Assembly: GCA_964016885.1 (NCBI GenBank) | Contig: OZ024742.1 | Coordinates: forward strand, 41,850,001 to 41,914,000 | Length of the DNA stretch: 64,000 nucleotides | Source of the DNA: Eledone cirrhosa | Lineage: Eukaryota | Direction of reading: 5' to 3' | Part shown: one piece after another, positions 39,987 through 52,281 of the stretch | Position numbering within the stretch: the stretch's first letter is position 1 | How the letters are laid out: every line of letters starts with the position of its first letter | Notes under the pieces: generated by a model | What the model saw: only the letters and a program-made list of their open reading frames with translations | What the model was told of the DNA's origin: nothing | Databases searched by the model: none | Program-made: the position numbers and the translations under genes

Positions 39987-41175
39987 ATACCATAGCATCC
40001 ATTCACAAAATTTATATTTAATTTCGTAGAAACATTTTGTATTTAAAAAAATGTTTCTTTAATAATACATTATTCGAAATTTGGTTTCATTTATTTTTAG
40101 TTTCATTTATTTTTAGTTTCATTCTCTATCAATTTATCTTCGGTTCATTCACTTTCATTTTATTGTCACCCATATTGGATGCTAGTCTATACCATTGCCA
40201 AAATCAAGTCTCCAGCTTTTGGCAATGTGACAGTGCTAATATTAGGTTTGGTTAGTTCTGGTGAGTGAGAATATGGAAAAGAAAATCAAGCCACAACTTA
40301 TGAGATATTTTTTAAGTGTTTATGTTTAACTAAAATCTCTCCATCGTAATTTTATGTAAGAAAATTTAAGTTTACAAAAATATTTCACATAATACAAAGG
40401 GAGGAAGAAAAAAGTCATTAAATAATGAAAATAAGGTGGAGAGGAAGGGCAGACTCTTCAACCTATCTAGGCAGTATATCTAAGCTGTGCCTGTGGACAA
40501 GATGAAAACATTGTGAAAACAGCCAGCAACACCCACTGCATCAGCCACTCCAGTTTTGCAGAGGAAAATGACAGCTTGGGGGTCAATTACACTGGAGGTC
40601 TTGACAGTGACCTGCATGAAAAAGAAGCGGTCAGTCAAATCATGGTATTATGAATTGCTGCTAGCCAAAATTTCAAACCTTGGAAGTCTGTGGATGCAGC
40701 CGATCCTCTAGAAATCTTTTCTAAGGTACCAGTAATAAACTGGAGGCAAAGAGAATTACAGAATTATGTACCAACTGATATAGTAGCCTCCCAAGGAATT
40801 AACCTGCAGGCCAATTCCTTGATCTATTTGACAGAAACCTTTTTCTATCTGCCCAGAAACCTTTTTCTATTTGTACTCTCTATAAAAAAAGAAAAGGAAC
40901 CACTACACAAGTGACAGTAGGAAACAGCTCATTAAAATGCTTAGACCTGGTACCTGATCTGAATGGAAGGTTTAACTGTCTAAATGCTTTTATTTATTAG
41001 AACAAATAACTCAATGAGAAAAATTTAGGCATCAGTTTTAATTTATCATCTATCATATCATTAAGATGTGTTTTATTTAATTTCTTCCCTCAAAGCTTAC
41101 AATAGTTGAAATAAAATTATTAGACTAACACTGAAAACGTTTAACACATTTTGTATAAAACTCTTATTTATGTTT

Positions 41176-41377
41176 AACTCTTTCATTAATCATATTTCTA
41201 GTAAAATAGTCTGTGATTTTCAATTAATTTTTAAAATAAAAAATTTGCAGGGATTTTGCAACTTTCTTGTTATCAAGTTGTTGTTTGGAACATAAAGGTT
41301 CTTAATTTAAGTATGAACACTTTTAAACAAATGGTTTTCATCATAGAATCAGTGGCAGTTGGTATCAAAAAGATTAA
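41176..41377. mobile_element. TTAA MITE family B. Related copies at 43079-43533, 46668-46780, 46965-47130 and 59808-60034.
   Basis: TTAAC(C/T)CTTTCATTA.CATATTTCTA...GGTATCAAAAGGGTTAA-type termini shared among copies. Confidence 0.7.
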
Positions 41378-41504
41378 TATATTTCACTTTATGTACTTGC
41401 ATTTCAGACAATTTTTCTGATATAAACTTAGTGTCAACTTGCTATTTCCTCTTTTTGATGCATATAAAGACAACCATATAACCAATTAGCCTAGAAACCT
41501 ATAT

Positions 41505-41728
41505 TTCTTAAATTGGTGCTTTTGAACTGGCCGTGTCTGGCCAGAATTCTCTCACCTTTTTCTGTTCAAACCGGCTGTAACTGGCCACTCATACTGATAT
41601 TAAGGTATTGCTCTCAAAATAAATAACATCAAAACCAAAGATTCAATAGTATGTGAGATAATTATGTGAAGTAACACCTTTACCATGAAAATACAATAGT
41701 AAATATAGAGTAAATGCTAAAGGGTTAA
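41505..41728. mobile_element. TTAA MITE family A
   Basis: Same body as 57201-57422; ends AATGCTAAAGGGTTAA. Confidence 0.85.
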
Positions 41729-43078
41729 ATTGGTGCGTTAACTTTATTGCTCATTTTTATTGTCTCTCCCTCTGTTCTTTTTTTTTTTTTTTGTATTCTC
41801 TATTGTTTGAAAAAATCATCCCAGAGATAATCCTGTTAACTTTTTCAATGCCTACCTGCATGCTTCTATGATGAAAAGTCATGTTTTAAAGTTTTCATTT
41901 TTTAAATTCAAATCTTGAATTATAATTTTATGTAAGAACCTTTATGTTTGAGACACCAGGTTATTGTTTCCAGGCTAGTAATTTTGTGGAAGGTGAAAGT
42001 CAGTTAGATCAACCACAGTACTTAATTGGTGTCTTATTTTATCAACCTCGGAAGAATGAAAAGTAAAATAGACTTGGCAGAATTTGAACTTGGAACAAAT
42101 ACTGCAAAGCATTTTGTTCCATGCTCTACTGATTCTGCCAATCGACTTCCCTCCCACCTCTAATTTAGGTACAATGCCTGAAATTTGAGGTGGGAGGGAA
42201 GTCGATTATATATACTGGTACTTTATTTTATTGACCTCAGCAGGATTTGAACTCAGAATGTGAAAGGTTATAACTAAATAACATTTTGTCCAACACTCTA
42301 CCAATTCTGCCAAATCGCAGCGTTTTTATTGTTATTATTTTAAAAATTAATTGAAAATCGTAGGAAGTATCATTTATTAGAAATTTGGTGCTGTTTTCAT
42401 ATTGGATAGGTATACCATGCTACATATTAGTATTTGTTCTGAACCTTTGTCTTATGAAGTTCAGTACTGAATAGAGATCTGGACTTCTTTCTTCTACCTC
42501 ATATTTATTCTTTCTCTGCTACGGGTAAACATCTCTTGCTATCACAGGAATATTTCATCTTGCATTCACTGTCCATACCGTCTCACTGTCCATACCATCA
42601 GATGTCTTCCAAACATTGAATGATGTATTTACTCTCCAGCCATTCTCTTGGTTCACTTGGATTCAGCTTTTTATACAAGTTAACATAGCATATGCTTAGT
42701 GTAGGATCTTGCTTCATATTTTTCTCACTTTCACCGATGTATTCAATGTCTGTTTTACAACAATACAGCATCATACATTTTACGCATGATTCATATAGTT
42801 TATTTTTGATTGAATATCCATATAATTCTGAAGTGATGTAATCACGTTTGAGTAATCATTATAAAATAATTGGAATAACATTATATTAGAGTATTACATT
42901 GAAAATAGTTATATCTCATAACTGTAGCCAGATGAATAATTATGTATCCAGCAATTGTAAAATGATTACCTGTTGTTTGTGTTGTTGTTTAGTCCTTATG
43001 ATGAAAAGCAGTTCAACCATGACTATCCCGTTAATTATTTTTCAGTAATTGTGTATCCAGGACTACATCACTTTTATT

Positions 43079-43533
43079 TTAACTCCTTCATTATCATATT
43101 TCTAACCAATGACACTGTCTAGTATTTTCAAATAAAATTGAATTAAATCAAGAATTTGGAGAAATTTAGTAAAATAATTTTCCCATTATTAATCTGATGT
43201 TGGAATATACTTTAATAAATGTTCTTGCATAAATTTATAATGGAAGATATTTAGATAAATATAAACACTTTAACCCTTTAACATTTACATTACTCTATAT
43301 TTACTATTATATTTTCATGGTAAAGGCTTTACCTCACATAATATTGAATCTATGAGATTTTTATATTATTTATTTTGAGAACAATAACTTAACATCAGTA
43401 TAAGGGGCCGGTAATAGCTGGTTTGAACAGAAAGAGGTGAGAGAATTCTGGCCAGATATGGCCGGTTAAAATAAATAGCTTTGTATTGTAAAACCAGGGG
43501 CAGTTTTAGGTGATTTGGTATCAAAAGGGTTAA
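43079..43533. mobile_element. MITE family B with a nested MITE family A copy (43270-43469)
   Basis: The family B body is split at AACACTTTAA by an inverted family A copy starting TTAACCCTTTAACATT. Confidence 0.75.
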
Positions 43534-44594
43534 ATATGGTAGGGTATAATTTGTGGAAGATTTAGCTACTATTTTTAATATGTTGAGCCACAGCCATATC
43601 CATCCCCACCTCTGTTAACTCATGAGTATGAATCATGTACAGGGTTCTCTTTAATAAACCTCCTTGTGATTTTCCCTAATTACCATACTTAATTATACTG
43701 TGGTGATTGCTGATGTTAAAAACATTGTAAATAATCAAACTTGTTTTTGACCGAGGTGGGATTTGAACTCAGAACATAAAGGGCCGTAACTATATGCTGC
43801 AGACAGAGCATGTTATCCAACACTCTGCTGATACTGGATAGTCAATAAATAAAAACTACTTAAAAGTAAATAGGATGAAAAGAGAGAGTGAGATATTTGC
43901 AATTGTCTTTCTGACTTTGTTACTTTCTATTTTTTGACTACATAAAATAGTGACAGCTGCCAATGGTAATAGAAACTGAAGAAAAGCACACATACACAAA
44001 AAAAAACAAAAGCATTGACAATGAATGAAGATGAAATTCTTTAGTCTTGTAATCATACAAAGAGAAATCATCAAAGAAAAGAACAATATATATTGATTTC
44101 AATATTATTATAAGCAGGTGATGGTGAAGTTTGTCTCGGAATCTAGCAAGTGATGTTTGTAACATTCCATTGGTAACTTTTATTTTTGACTTCGATGAAT
44201 GTCTTACTTGGTCTTATTTAACTTATTTATTTTCTTCTGTGATTATTATTTATTTATATTTTTACAATTTTTATTTTCTTTTAAGAAATATTCTTTTACT
44301 GGTTTCAGTCATTAGACTGCAGCCATGCTAGGGCACCGCCTTGATTTAGTCAATCATATTGACTCCAGTATTTATTTTATCAATCTCTATTTTGTCTAAT
44401 CAAGTTATTGAACATAGAGATATAAATATAAACATAGACACACATTTACATACATACAAGCAATCAAGCATTGAAAAATGGACATAAAACTATATATATA
44501 TATAACAAAGAGGGTGTGGTAAGATAACAGGTGGACCATGCACCAGAGTACTCAATACTTAGGGTAGTAGAGTGGGTAATAGGAAAATAGTCAG

Positions 44595-44691
44595 GACCTG
44601 ACGGCTGAGCTCCAGCCGTTTCGACAGCTAGATCTGAACTAAGCCACCAGTATTAGAACGGAGGGGGGGGGGGGTCGAGCTGAACTTATCA
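44595..44691 (-). ncRNA. Second hammerhead copy, probably inactive (5' strand of stem I deleted)
   Basis: Minus strand reads UGAUAA-GUUCAGCU...AGCUGUC-GAAA-CGGC-uggagcuca-GCCG-UC-AGGUCC, with a GUC cleavage triplet. Confidence 0.6.
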
Positions 44692-45131
44692 TATATGGGC
44701 ATGCAGTAAAAGCAAAAATATCTAAGCAAAAACTCCTAAAAGTTTGTTGTTTTTCTTCATCTTTTTCTTGTTTGTCACAGGGAGTGGTCAATGATCTGGG
44801 ATGTCATATACATACTTAAATTCTTTCATAGCAGCAGGGGGCTAGACCAGCCTGAAAAACAAAGGGGGAGGGATAAGAAGGCAGACTGACCTGAGGATAC
44901 CAAGCCAGTCAGGTGTGCACACTAGGCATTAAGAGAGATTAAATCCTATACTCAGCTGTTGGGGTCCTGAATCTCTTCCTATAAATGAATGATAGTTGTA
45001 TAGGATTTAATTTCTCTTAATACCCTCTGCTATGAAGGAATTTAACTATGCACACTACATCCCAGATCATTGACCACTCCCCAGGACAGACAAGAAAAAC
45101 AATGTTTTGCTTTGACTGTATGCCCATATAC

Positions 45132-45236
45132 GGACTGTACCCCTTGATAAGTTCAGCTAGATTCCCGCTGTTCTAATACTGGTGGCTTAGTTCAGATCTA
45201 GCTGTCGAAACAGCCTAAGCTCAGCTGTTGGGGTCC
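45132..45236 (+). ncRNA. Type I hammerhead ribozyme, U3-A8 core variant
   Basis: Stem I CCCC(45140-43)/GGGG(45230-33); core UUGAUAA (45144-50); stem II closed by G-C with a 9-bp CAGCUAGAU/AUCUAGCUG helix; GAAA (45207-10); stem III CAGC/GCUG; GUU cleavage triplet ending at 45229. Confidence 0.75.
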
Positions 45237-45266
45237 TGACTCTTTTCCTATATATATATATGCATA

Positions 45267-45487
45267 CAGGGCATCCCTCAAAAAAGTATACACACTTCAA
45301 CAGCAAAAAAAAAAATGTATTAAAATGAATTGTTTTATATGCATTATTTAAATTATGTAAACATTTTTGAGTGTTTACAGACAATTAAATTATGTCTGTA
45401 GATCATTTTATTTTCGGTAAAGGCCTTCTAATAAATATTACCTGTACAGGTAATCAAAGTCTGTATATATTTTGGGGGTATACCCTG
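45267..45487. mobile_element. Tc1/mariner-type MITE
   Basis: TA-CAGGGCATCCC...GGGGTATACCCTG-TA; same family as 26919-27018. Confidence 0.75.
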
Positions 45488-45499
45488 TATGTATGTATG

Positions 45500-45552
<53 letters not shown>

Positions 45553-45602
45553 CACACACCACACACACATACATACATACATACATACATACATACATAC
45601 AT
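45488..45602. repeat. TATG/TA/CA/CATA microsatellites
   Basis: Directly visible. Confidence 0.95.
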
Positions 45603-46001
45603 GGTGGCTGCCAACTCGTTTTCGAGTACGGCCACTACTTTATATCCATGTAGGAGAACCCCTACCGATGCGCTGAACGAGTGTGACTTTTTAGTCCAGC
45701 CAGCGACTTGAAAACTCTGGTACAGACACTACACATGTGACAATTATTGACATAGTGCTGGGCTCATGGCACCATGTGACAAATGCAGAGAGATCTCCAG
45801 ATATAAAGCAATGCCTGTGCCGTGAAGCTTTTATAGTGAGCAAAGGCACTGCACAAAGCCAGTCCCACTCTCTTAACCAAGATGATATTTACCAAAAAGA
45901 AGAACAAGTCAACATCATTGGATACCATCAGGGTTGCAGGTGTTATATCAGAGTTTTCCCTCTCCTAGAATTCTGCCTTGACAAAGGCTAAGGGGTCATA
46001 C

Positions 46002-46047
<46 letters not shown>

Positions 46048-46051
<4 letters not shown>

Positions 46052-46168
46052 ATACTTGGGGAGGGTCATATTTGTGTAATATTGCCAGAATTAATAACCA
46101 AACAGTGAGTGTGTTCTGTTATTAATTCTGGCAATATTACACAAATATGACCCTCCCCAAGTATAACA
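46048..46168. repeat. Perfect 51-bp inverted repeat with a 19-nt spacer
   Basis: 46048-46098 is the exact reverse complement of 46118-46168. Confidence 0.95.
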
Positions 46169-47239
46169 CTATTTCTTTCGACACACGATTTCATATAAAA
46201 AACCTTGCAAAACTAATATATATATGGCTTCTGATGTTTCTGGCTACCTAACTCAGTGTTGTGCAGTAGGATTGAACCCAGAACCATGTGGTTGCGAAGT
46301 AGACTCTTTTACCACACAGTCATATCTATTAATTTTATCCTTTCTAACATTTTATTTTATTCCAAGTTACTTCACTTTATTTTTAAAAAATTGTTTTGCT
46401 TTCTCAAATCATAACCGGCAATTCTTGTGTTGACTGAATATTTCTCTGTATTTCTGCTTCCGAGACGTCATTTTTATTTCTGACCATATATTTTGCATTC
46501 TATTTGTACACAATAGCAATAATGAGACCTCTCATTCCTCTTCTTTTTGCTTGTTATCTTTAATTTTGTTTCAGTGATGTTACATTTTAGTCTATTAGAG
46601 AGAGACAAATATAGAACTCTTGCATACAGAATAAGGAAATTTATAACCATCAACGACAACAAATAGTTTAACCCTTTTGTGACCATATTTCTAATGACAT
46701 AAACTGTCTGTTTCAACTAATGTTGAAATTAGCAATTTTGATACTAGAATTGCCAGAAACTGTCTCTGGTTTTACAAACAAAACTGTTTTTAATGTGTTT
46801 ATATTTATCTAAAAACCTTCCAGCATAATTTTATGTGTGATCCTTTATGTTCCAAACATCAGGTTAATAAATGAGAAAGCTACTTATGTAACTAAATCCC
46901 TTCGAATTCTTCATTATTTAAAAAATTATTTTAAATTATAGGTAGTGTCTGTCATTTGTTAACAAAATGGTCAATGAAAAATTTGGTGGGATAATTTTTC
47001 AATATTAAATTGGTGTTTGAAACATAAAATGTTTTCATATAAAATTATAACTTTTATTTATACATAAATACATTAAAGTATGAGGCTTTGTATCATGAAA
47101 TCAAGGGCAGTCTTTGGCTGCGCTTATGGACTATTCTTCGAAAATATTTCTTCGACAAGCAAAAACTTTGTAGTAGAATACTTTCGACAGGCCAATTACT
47201 TTGAATCATCAATTTTGGACTTTTCAGAAAACAAGTACT

Positions 47240-47697
47240 GTTACCACCACCACTACTACTGCTACCACCACCACTACTACTACTGCTACCACCACCGCCA
47301 CTACTACTGCTACCACCACCGCCACTACTACTGCTACCACCACCGCCACTACTTCTGCTACCACCACCACCACTACTTCTGCTACCACCACCACCACTAC
47401 TTCTGCTACCACCACCACCACTTCTGCTACCACCACCACCACCACTACTTCTGCTACCACCACCACCACTACCACCATCACCACCACCACCACCACCACC
47501 ACTACTACCACTACTACTACCACCACCACTACTACTACCACCACCACCACTACTACCACCACCACCACTACTACCACCACCACTGCTACTACCACCACCA
47601 CCACTGCTACTACCACCACCACTGCCACCACCACCGCTACAACTACCACCACTATAACTATCACTATTACTAAAACCACCACCACTACTACTACCAC
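47240..47697. repeat. (CAC/TAC/TGC)n trinucleotide low-complexity array
   Basis: Directly visible; produces the poly-His/Tyr, poly-Thr and poly-Val ORFs. Confidence 0.95.
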
Positions 47698-48740
47698 ACT
47701 CTGCTCATTTCTTTTATTCGAAGAAAGAAACCAACTTTTCGATGTTTACTTTGGAAGTGAATGCACTTCGAAGAAATGTTTCCGAAGATAAGTCCACAAA
47801 TCCTTTGGCTGGCAGGTTGGTTATTTTTTATACGAAAGCAAGGACTTTGTGGTTTCCATGAGTCTTTTCATGGTTCCTCGTTTTTGAGGGAATGTTTTAC
47901 AGCCCTTCCTGATGTTAACCCTTTTAATCACCTCTTTCAATATGCAGAGATATGATACACCTATTTTAAAAAGTGGATACTCATCATTGATACCCATTAT
48001 AGTATATTCTTACCATGAATTAGTCAAGTAGCCAAGTTAATCATATCACTGGTACTATGTAATGTACTAACTCCAAGATGGCTCAGTTCACCTTAACTTT
48101 GTTTTTGTTGTTATTGATATTTAGTTCCATATTAGTCATAATCAAGTGGACCTCCAAATTTCACTCACAAGGCATTGGTCTACTAGACACTTATAAAAGA
48201 ATACTTGCTCAAAATTCTACTCAGTGGGAATGAAGCACAAACCGTGTTTGCAAAGCCAGCTCCTATGAATATATACAGCATGAACAAATAATTTTAGTGA
48301 TAAAATGGACAACAGAACTGTCGCATGAAAAATCAATAAGGTAACATCATGCTTGTAGTATTTTCAACAATAAACCTGTTACGAGGTACAAATCTCAGAA
48401 TTTGTCAACTCTTATTAATGGTCAGTCCACTTCTACGAAATGTAATGTAAAAATACCATTTCTTCTTGTCTCCCCACCCTTCGGTTCATTCATCCATATA
48501 TCTGTATAATCGCCCAGAATCCAAATCCCACTTCTCAATGCTATTCTATAATTCTGTCTGGCTGTTCTAAATAATCTTGTGTATTTTAATCGCTTGTTAC
48601 TGTTTATTGCTTTATTTAAAACCTTCTCCTTGCTAACTACCCCATACCCCTCTCACCCCCACTCTCCACCATTATTATTTGGACCAATCATAAGTCATCA
48701 GCCTATGCTTTCACTTCTCCTGGTTGCTTTTCGATATGAT

Positions 48741-51700
48741 GGATGTACTAAGGAATTTCTGGAGAGTCTGAAGAATCTGAACACTCGGTGACAATGCCAA
48801 AGATAACGACAAATTCACCCCATGCTTCCGGACGAAAGGGCAAGGACTCCTCCTCTTTGTTTCGGCCGCGGATGGCCAACACAACCTCACACCTCCCCGC
48901 GCCCTACCCACCAAACACAATCCAAAACTTCAGAGTTGGTACCATGAATGTAGGCACCTTAAAAGGCCGCTTGAACGTAAGGAGGTTGATGTTTGCTGTA
49001 TCCAAGAGACCAGGTGGAGGGGCGGGTCTGCTAGATTCATTGTGGGTAAAAAAACGATGCTATAAGCTTTTCTGGGTGGGAAATGACAATGGGCTGGGTG
49101 GGGTAGGAATCATGTTAACAGAAAAATGGGTGGATAAGATAATAGACGTAAATAGAGTGAATGACAGAATAATTAAAATAAGACTTGTTCTGTGACAGTA
49201 ATATCTGCGTACGCACCCCAATCCGGACTGCCTGATGCTATAAAAGACAGATTCTATGAGACACTGATGCTTACTACCTCCCAAATAACCGACAGTGACT
49301 ATATAATTATTGCTGGCCACCTAAATGGTCACGTTGGACAACATTGTGACGGCTATGGCAGAATCCATGGAGGCTATGGGTTTGGTACTAGAAATGAGGA
49401 AGGCTCCAGAATCCTGGAATTCTGTGACGCAAATAACCTAACTATCTGTAACACTAACTTCAAAAAACAAGACAATCACTTGATCACCTACAGATCAGGG
49501 GAACACACAAGCCAGGTAGATTATATCCTTACCAGAATACGTGACAGTGTCTGTTGTAAACACTAAATCCCTCCCCCATGAAGAATGCACCTCCCAATAT
49601 AGACTGATAATTAGCGACCTCATAGTCAGGACGAGACGTACTCGACAACAGAAGAGGACTATCCTCAGGAGAAAAATATGGAAGCTAAAGGACCCCACAG
49701 CCAGTAATAAATTTAAAAGGATATTACTTGATGCTTTTGACAGTAAGGAAGATCAATTAGAGACGTACAATATAGAGGAACAGTGGGAATTCCTGAAAGC
49801 AAACCTGCTGATGGCGGCAGACGAAGTCTGTGGCTGGAGCAGGCCTATAGGCAGGAGGAGAGTAACGTGGTGGTGGAACAGTAAGGTGGAGGAGTCAATT
49901 AAGGCCAAAAAGCAGGCTTGGAAAGTATGGCGGGATGGGGGGAAGTAGAGAAGACTATCAAGTGGCCAGGAGGGAAGCAGAGGAAAGAAAGTTCAAGCAT
50001 GTTCTACAATGCGAGGACCAAAAACGTGAGGTGTTCAGGATTGCTAGGCAATGTGTCAAGGAAAACCGTGATATTGTCGGGGAGAAGTGTGTCCTTAATG
50101 ATGATGGTGTACTTGCCATCACTGACGCTGATAAGAAGGTAGCTTGGAAGTGTCACTACGAAAGGCTACTAAATGAGGAGAATAAATGGGAGAAAGACAG
50201 TCTCCCCCACATCGACCCAATAGAGGGACGAGCAGTGTTAGTTGAAGGTAGTATAAGTAAGGCAATCAAAGATATGAAGACGGGCAAGGCGGCTGGGCCT
50301 TCGGAAATAGTTGCTGAAATGCTGAAAGCTTCTGGAACGGTGGGACACACCATGGTCACCCGGATAGTAAACCAAGTCATACAGAATGGGGTTGTTCCGA
50401 AGGACAGGCGTAGCAGCATCATCATTAACTGCTACAAGGGTAAAGGAGATGCCCTAGATAGAAGTAACTATAGAGGCATTAAATTAATCGACCAGGTCAT
50501 GAAGGTCACAGAAAAAATAATAGCGCAACTAATTAGAGAGAGAATTGATCTAGATGAAATGCAGTTCGGGTTTGTGTCAGGTAAAAGTACCACAGATGCT
50601 ATTTTCATTGTACGACAACTACAGGAGAAGTACCTAGCTAAAAGTAAACCCTATACTTAGCTTTTGTCGACTTGGAGAAAGCCTTTGACAGAGTTCCCCG
50701 TTCCATTATGTGGTGGGCTCTTAGAAAACTAGGTGTTGATGAATGGCTTGTGAGAGCTATACAAGCCATGTATAAAGAAACAGTCAGCAAGGTTAGAATT
50801 AACAACGAATATAGTGAAGAGTTTAGCGTAAAAGTTGGTGTTCATCAGGGCTCCGTTCTTAGCCCCCTACTATTTATTATTGCCCTTCAGGCTATAACAG
50901 TGGAGTTCAAGACCAGCTGCCCATGGGAACTCCTATACGCAGATGATCTAACGCTCATAGCTGAATCAATGGCTGAACTAGAGAAGAAATTCCAAACATG
51001 GAAGCATGGCCTAGAATCAAAAGGCCTTAAAATTAACCTGTCTAAGACTAAAGTTCTAGTTTGTAGGAAGGAAAATAGGGCACCGGTTCCATCCGGGAAA
51101 TGGCCATGCTCAGTGTGTAGGAAAGGAGTAGGTAGAAACTCCATTTTATGTCCCAAATGCAAAGTATGGGTGCATAAAAGATGTAGTGGGATCACAGGTA
51201 AGCTAACTAAGAACATAGATTTTATATGTGGCCGGTGCTCTGGTGCAATAAGTAGCAGCAAGTGCCCACAGAATACTAGCTCATTCCATTGCACAGATGG
51301 TTCTATAGAAATAGTGGACACCTTCCGTTACTTGGGTGACAAAATCAGCAGTGGTGGAGGGTGCTCTGAAAGTACAGTAGCTAGAGTCAGAACTGGATGG
51401 AAAAAGTTCAGAGAGCTTATACCACTATTAGCTGCTGAAGGGTTCTCTCTAAAAATGAAAGGCAGGCTGTATGATGCCTGCATTCGAACAGCAATGTTAC
51501 ATGGCAGTGAGACCTGGGCATTGTGTGCAGAGGATATACGCAGACTGGAGAGGAACGAAGCTTGCATGCTCCATTGGATGTGTAATAGTAATATACGTGA
51601 ACGGCAAAGCATAAACGAACTAAGGGAAAAAAATTAGAAATAAGAGGGATTAGATGTTGTCTACTCGAGAGAAGACTACGTTGGTATGGTCACGTGATGC

Positions 51701-52281
51701 GCATGAAAGACGACAGCTGTATAAAAAAGTGCAGGGCAATAAAAATAGACGGAAGCCACGGGGTAGGCAGACCCAGAAAAACCTGGGACGACTTGATAAA
51801 TTCCGACCTCACACACTTACACCTCTCCAAGACAATGTCACTGGACTGAGATCTTTGGCGCTACACAGTAATACAGAAGACCCGCCTTACCTAAATACAA
51901 AGTGAAACCTACTACAGTCAGTAGGCACCTCTAACAAAAATACACCCCTGTCCCACTACTCCCACCCCATCCACACCACCCCTTTCAATGTAAAGTTATG
52001 TTGGTACCACAACATCCAGGCCGAAACAAATGAGATCGTGTAGGTGTCACGACAAAAAAACACACAGTCCACGCTGTAATGTGGCCGTGTAGGTAACACG
52101 GTAAAAACCTCCCAGTCCACACTGTAAATGTGGTTGGTGTTAGGAAGGGCATCCAGCCGTAGAAAACCCGCCAGACAGTCCTATGTGAGCAAGACGGCCA
52201 CTCTTGCCTCAAGTGGGAAAACTCCCGTCCAAACCCATGCAAGCGTGGAAGATGGACGTTAAACGATGATGATGATGATGA
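48741..52281 (+). mobile_element. Near-full-length RTE-clade LINE, frameshifted
   Basis: AP endonuclease motifs (GTMNVGTL, ISAYAPQ, AGHLNGHVG, SQVDYIL), RT motifs (KGKGD, NYRGI, QFGF, KAFD, GVHQGSVLSPLLF, YADD), C-terminal RLRWYGHV...GRPRKTW, and a 3' tail GGACGTTAAAC(GAT)n. Tentative 7-bp TSD ATATGAT at 48734-40 and 52282-88. Confidence 0.93.
48794..51894 (+). pseudogene. RTE ORF (APE + RT + internal PHD finger), disrupted by several frameshifts and a stop
   Basis: Successive ORFs 48788-49195, 49192-49566, 49541-49948, 49935-50660 and 50672-51637, then a C-terminal frame ending TAA at 51892-94. Confidence 0.9.

Larger units (their letters stand above)
44503..45251. mobile_element. Penelope-like element remnant: inverted pair of pseudo-LTR-like repeats between (TA)n runs
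   Basis: 44579-44949 and 44998-45251 are inverted copies of one sequence, with a third partial copy at 44951-44983. Both full copies contain a hammerhead motif, and (TA)n flanks both sides. Confidence 0.6.

Noticed and set aside
40430-40960. GC-richer stretch resembling a decayed transposase or exon
   Set aside because: Multiple stops and no motif I can identify with confidence.
45600-45998. Possible ribozyme (CTGAACGAG...GAAAC) in a repeat between CATA runs
   Set aside because: Core spacing is wrong and stem I does not pair. The minus strand resembles an RTE 5' UTR fragment (AGGAGAGGGAAAACTCTGA) but this is too weak to call.
47080-47791. His/Tyr-rich or mucin-like Thr-rich protein
   Set aside because: Trinucleotide microsatellite open in several frames, with flanks from MITE or non-coding DNA.
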